DNA from: Carcharhinus amblyrhynchos
Lineage: Eukaryota
DNA length: 64,000 bases
Assembly (NCBI GenBank): GCA_965287045.1
Contig: OZ336883.1
Span: forward strand, 45,694,001 to 45,758,000
Direction: 5' to 3'
Made by a program: the position numbers and the translations under genes. Within the stretch, counting starts at the first letter, position 1. Each line of letters begins with the position of its first letter. Positions 62,178 to 64,000 of the stretch are shown here, in pieces. Under the pieces are notes generated by a model. It did no database searches. It saw only the letters and a list, made by a program, of their open reading frames with translations, and had not been told where the DNA came from.

Positions 62178-62640
62178 AATGCCTCACTGCCAACCTGACA
62201 ACTCCTGGTGATGCAGAGGAGCAGAGTGTCCACAGCACCCTGGTATATCCTCAAAGCCTCCATATATTCGGCACCTGCGAAGAGGCACTTGGTGAGTCGA
62301 TCAGGAAACACCAATTGGTTTGATCAGGATAGCAAGCAGATCCAGGAGCTGATAGGCTCAAGGCTTTTTCTGAGCCTGATACAACAACCCAACTCAAGAG
62401 CAAGAAAGCAACTTCAAAGGTGGTTGAAGGCTGAGATCCAGCAAAAACCTGTGTGCTAAAGAACAGATAATGAGGAGAGAAAGCACTGAGATCCAGCAGT
62501 TAGCCATCAGCCATAACATGTGAGGTTTCTTCAGTGCAGTCAAGACCACTGTGATCCAAGCACTCAAAGCCTATCCCACTGTTGGCCAGGAATGGTGAAG
62601 TTTTTATCAAGAACTGAGAAGCAGTCAGCACCCACTGGAA

Positions 62641-62894
62641 GGAGATAATACATATCTCTTTAACCTGCGCTCAACGCTCTCTCCACTCACATTGTCTGTA
62701 TCTTTAAGACTTGATTACCTGTAAAGACTCGCATTCCAACCATTATTTTGTAAATTGAGTTTGTGTCTTTATATGCCCTGTTTATGAACAGAACTTCCAT
62801 TTGCCTGATGAAGGAGCAGCATTCCAAAAGCTAGTGGCTTTCGTTACCAAATAAACCAATTGGGCTTTAACCTGGTGTTGTGGGACTTCTTACT
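62641..62894 (+). mobile_element. Penelope-like pLTR arm inserted in RTE
   Basis: Colinear with about 34049-34300; hammerhead CTGATGA AGGAG CAGCA TTCC AAAAGCTAGTG with core G>A; ends CTTCTTACT. Confidence 0.85.
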
Positions 62895-64000
62895 AGGAGG
62901 AGAATGTGCCAGAATGTCTCAAAGATGTTGCCATCATGACCATCTTCAAGAAAGGTGACAAGTCCAACTGCAGTAACTACAGAGGAATTTCCCTGTTGTC
63001 AGCCACAGGAAACATCATCAGGAGTCCTCCTTAATTGCCTTTTCCCTGTGGCTGCTCCCAGAGTTGCAATGCAGATTCCACTCACTAAGGGGCACAAGAT
63101 TCATTGTGCAATAATTACAAGAGAAACACAGGGAATAGCACCTACCCTTGTGTGAGGCCTTCTTTGACCTCACAGAGACCTTTCACCATGAGGGATTATG
63201 GAGTGTCCTCCCCCATTCCCACTTCTTTACCCTAAAGTTTTTCCAAGCCTATCTCACCTGACGTTCTAACTCAGGCCAAAGCAAAATAGCACATATACCT
63301 GGGACCTACTAACTAAGGCAAAGGAAAGGAGGCCAAGCCCTCTTCTTATGACACCAGCAGCCATAAAATAAGTAAATCTAAAGACTCATTTAGGTTTGCA
63401 GGGCCAGGGAGGAAATAAGTGTCTAAATGGATCGGGTAGGGTTGGAGGTCAGATGGGAGTGGGACCTGAGGTTGTGGGTGGGAGATTGGTGTGTTCAGAA
63501 ATCAGAAGGATCAGATGGAGACATGATAGAGGTGGCTGGGGTCAGAAGGGAGAGGTTGCGGAGGTCAAAGGTTAAGGGGTCAGAGGCTGGGGGACAATGT
63601 GAGAAACTGATTTACAATGTTGTATGGTAGCTTATTTCATGCCTCTCTTTTTCCTCAGCTATGTTTTTCCCTTCGTCTGGAGGCATTGGGTCATGTTGTA
63701 TTAAAGTTCCACAGCTGTTGGTTAGCCACTTGCATAACAGACAAGTGTATATCATTGATGTGAAATATGACAGAGCGTCAGAAAGCTTTCTGAGCATGAA
63801 GGCCATCACTGTGGAACACAGTAGCACTGAATTTCTGCAAGACTCTCTGGATGTTTTGCTGTAAATTCAACAGATTAGGGAATGTCATTATAATCCAGAT
63901 CACTTGATTATTAATTTATAATGTGAAACTTTACTGTGTGCAAATTATCTGCTTTCCAAATTACAGCAGTAATTATACTTCAACTGTATTTTGTTGGATG

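Larger units (their letters stand above)
60790..63215 (+). mobile_element. Decayed RTE-clade LINE (endonuclease to RT start)
   Basis: NIRTVMDNPNINRLEQR..., KEEFYSSLE...DKLILLGDFNASVG, IFKKGDKSNCSNYRGISLLSATG. Confidence 0.85.

Overview
Repeat-dominated eukaryotic non-coding DNA, most likely from a cartilaginous fish (shark). This is inferred from HE1-like V-SINEs, SacSINE1-like Deu-SINEs and the CR1/L2/RTE/Rex1/Penelope/Harbinger mixture. I recognised no host protein-coding exon; the recognisable ORFs are transposon remnants or antisense shadows of them. Highlights: (1) a Penelope-like family with minimal, probably dimer-type hammerhead ribozymes, seen as two long palindromes, two single arms and a 55-bp mini-insertion; (2) a ~7.5-kb endogenous retrovirus with both LTRs, a Ser-like PBS, splice signals and a decayed gamma-type env but no detectable pol; (3) three young near-identical CR1 copies, two of them head-to-tail, one with an intact RT domain; (4) a deeply nested transposon stack at 32-40.5 kb; (5) several repeat-free, enhancer-like islands. 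All alignments were done by eye, so boundaries without a TSD are approximate.
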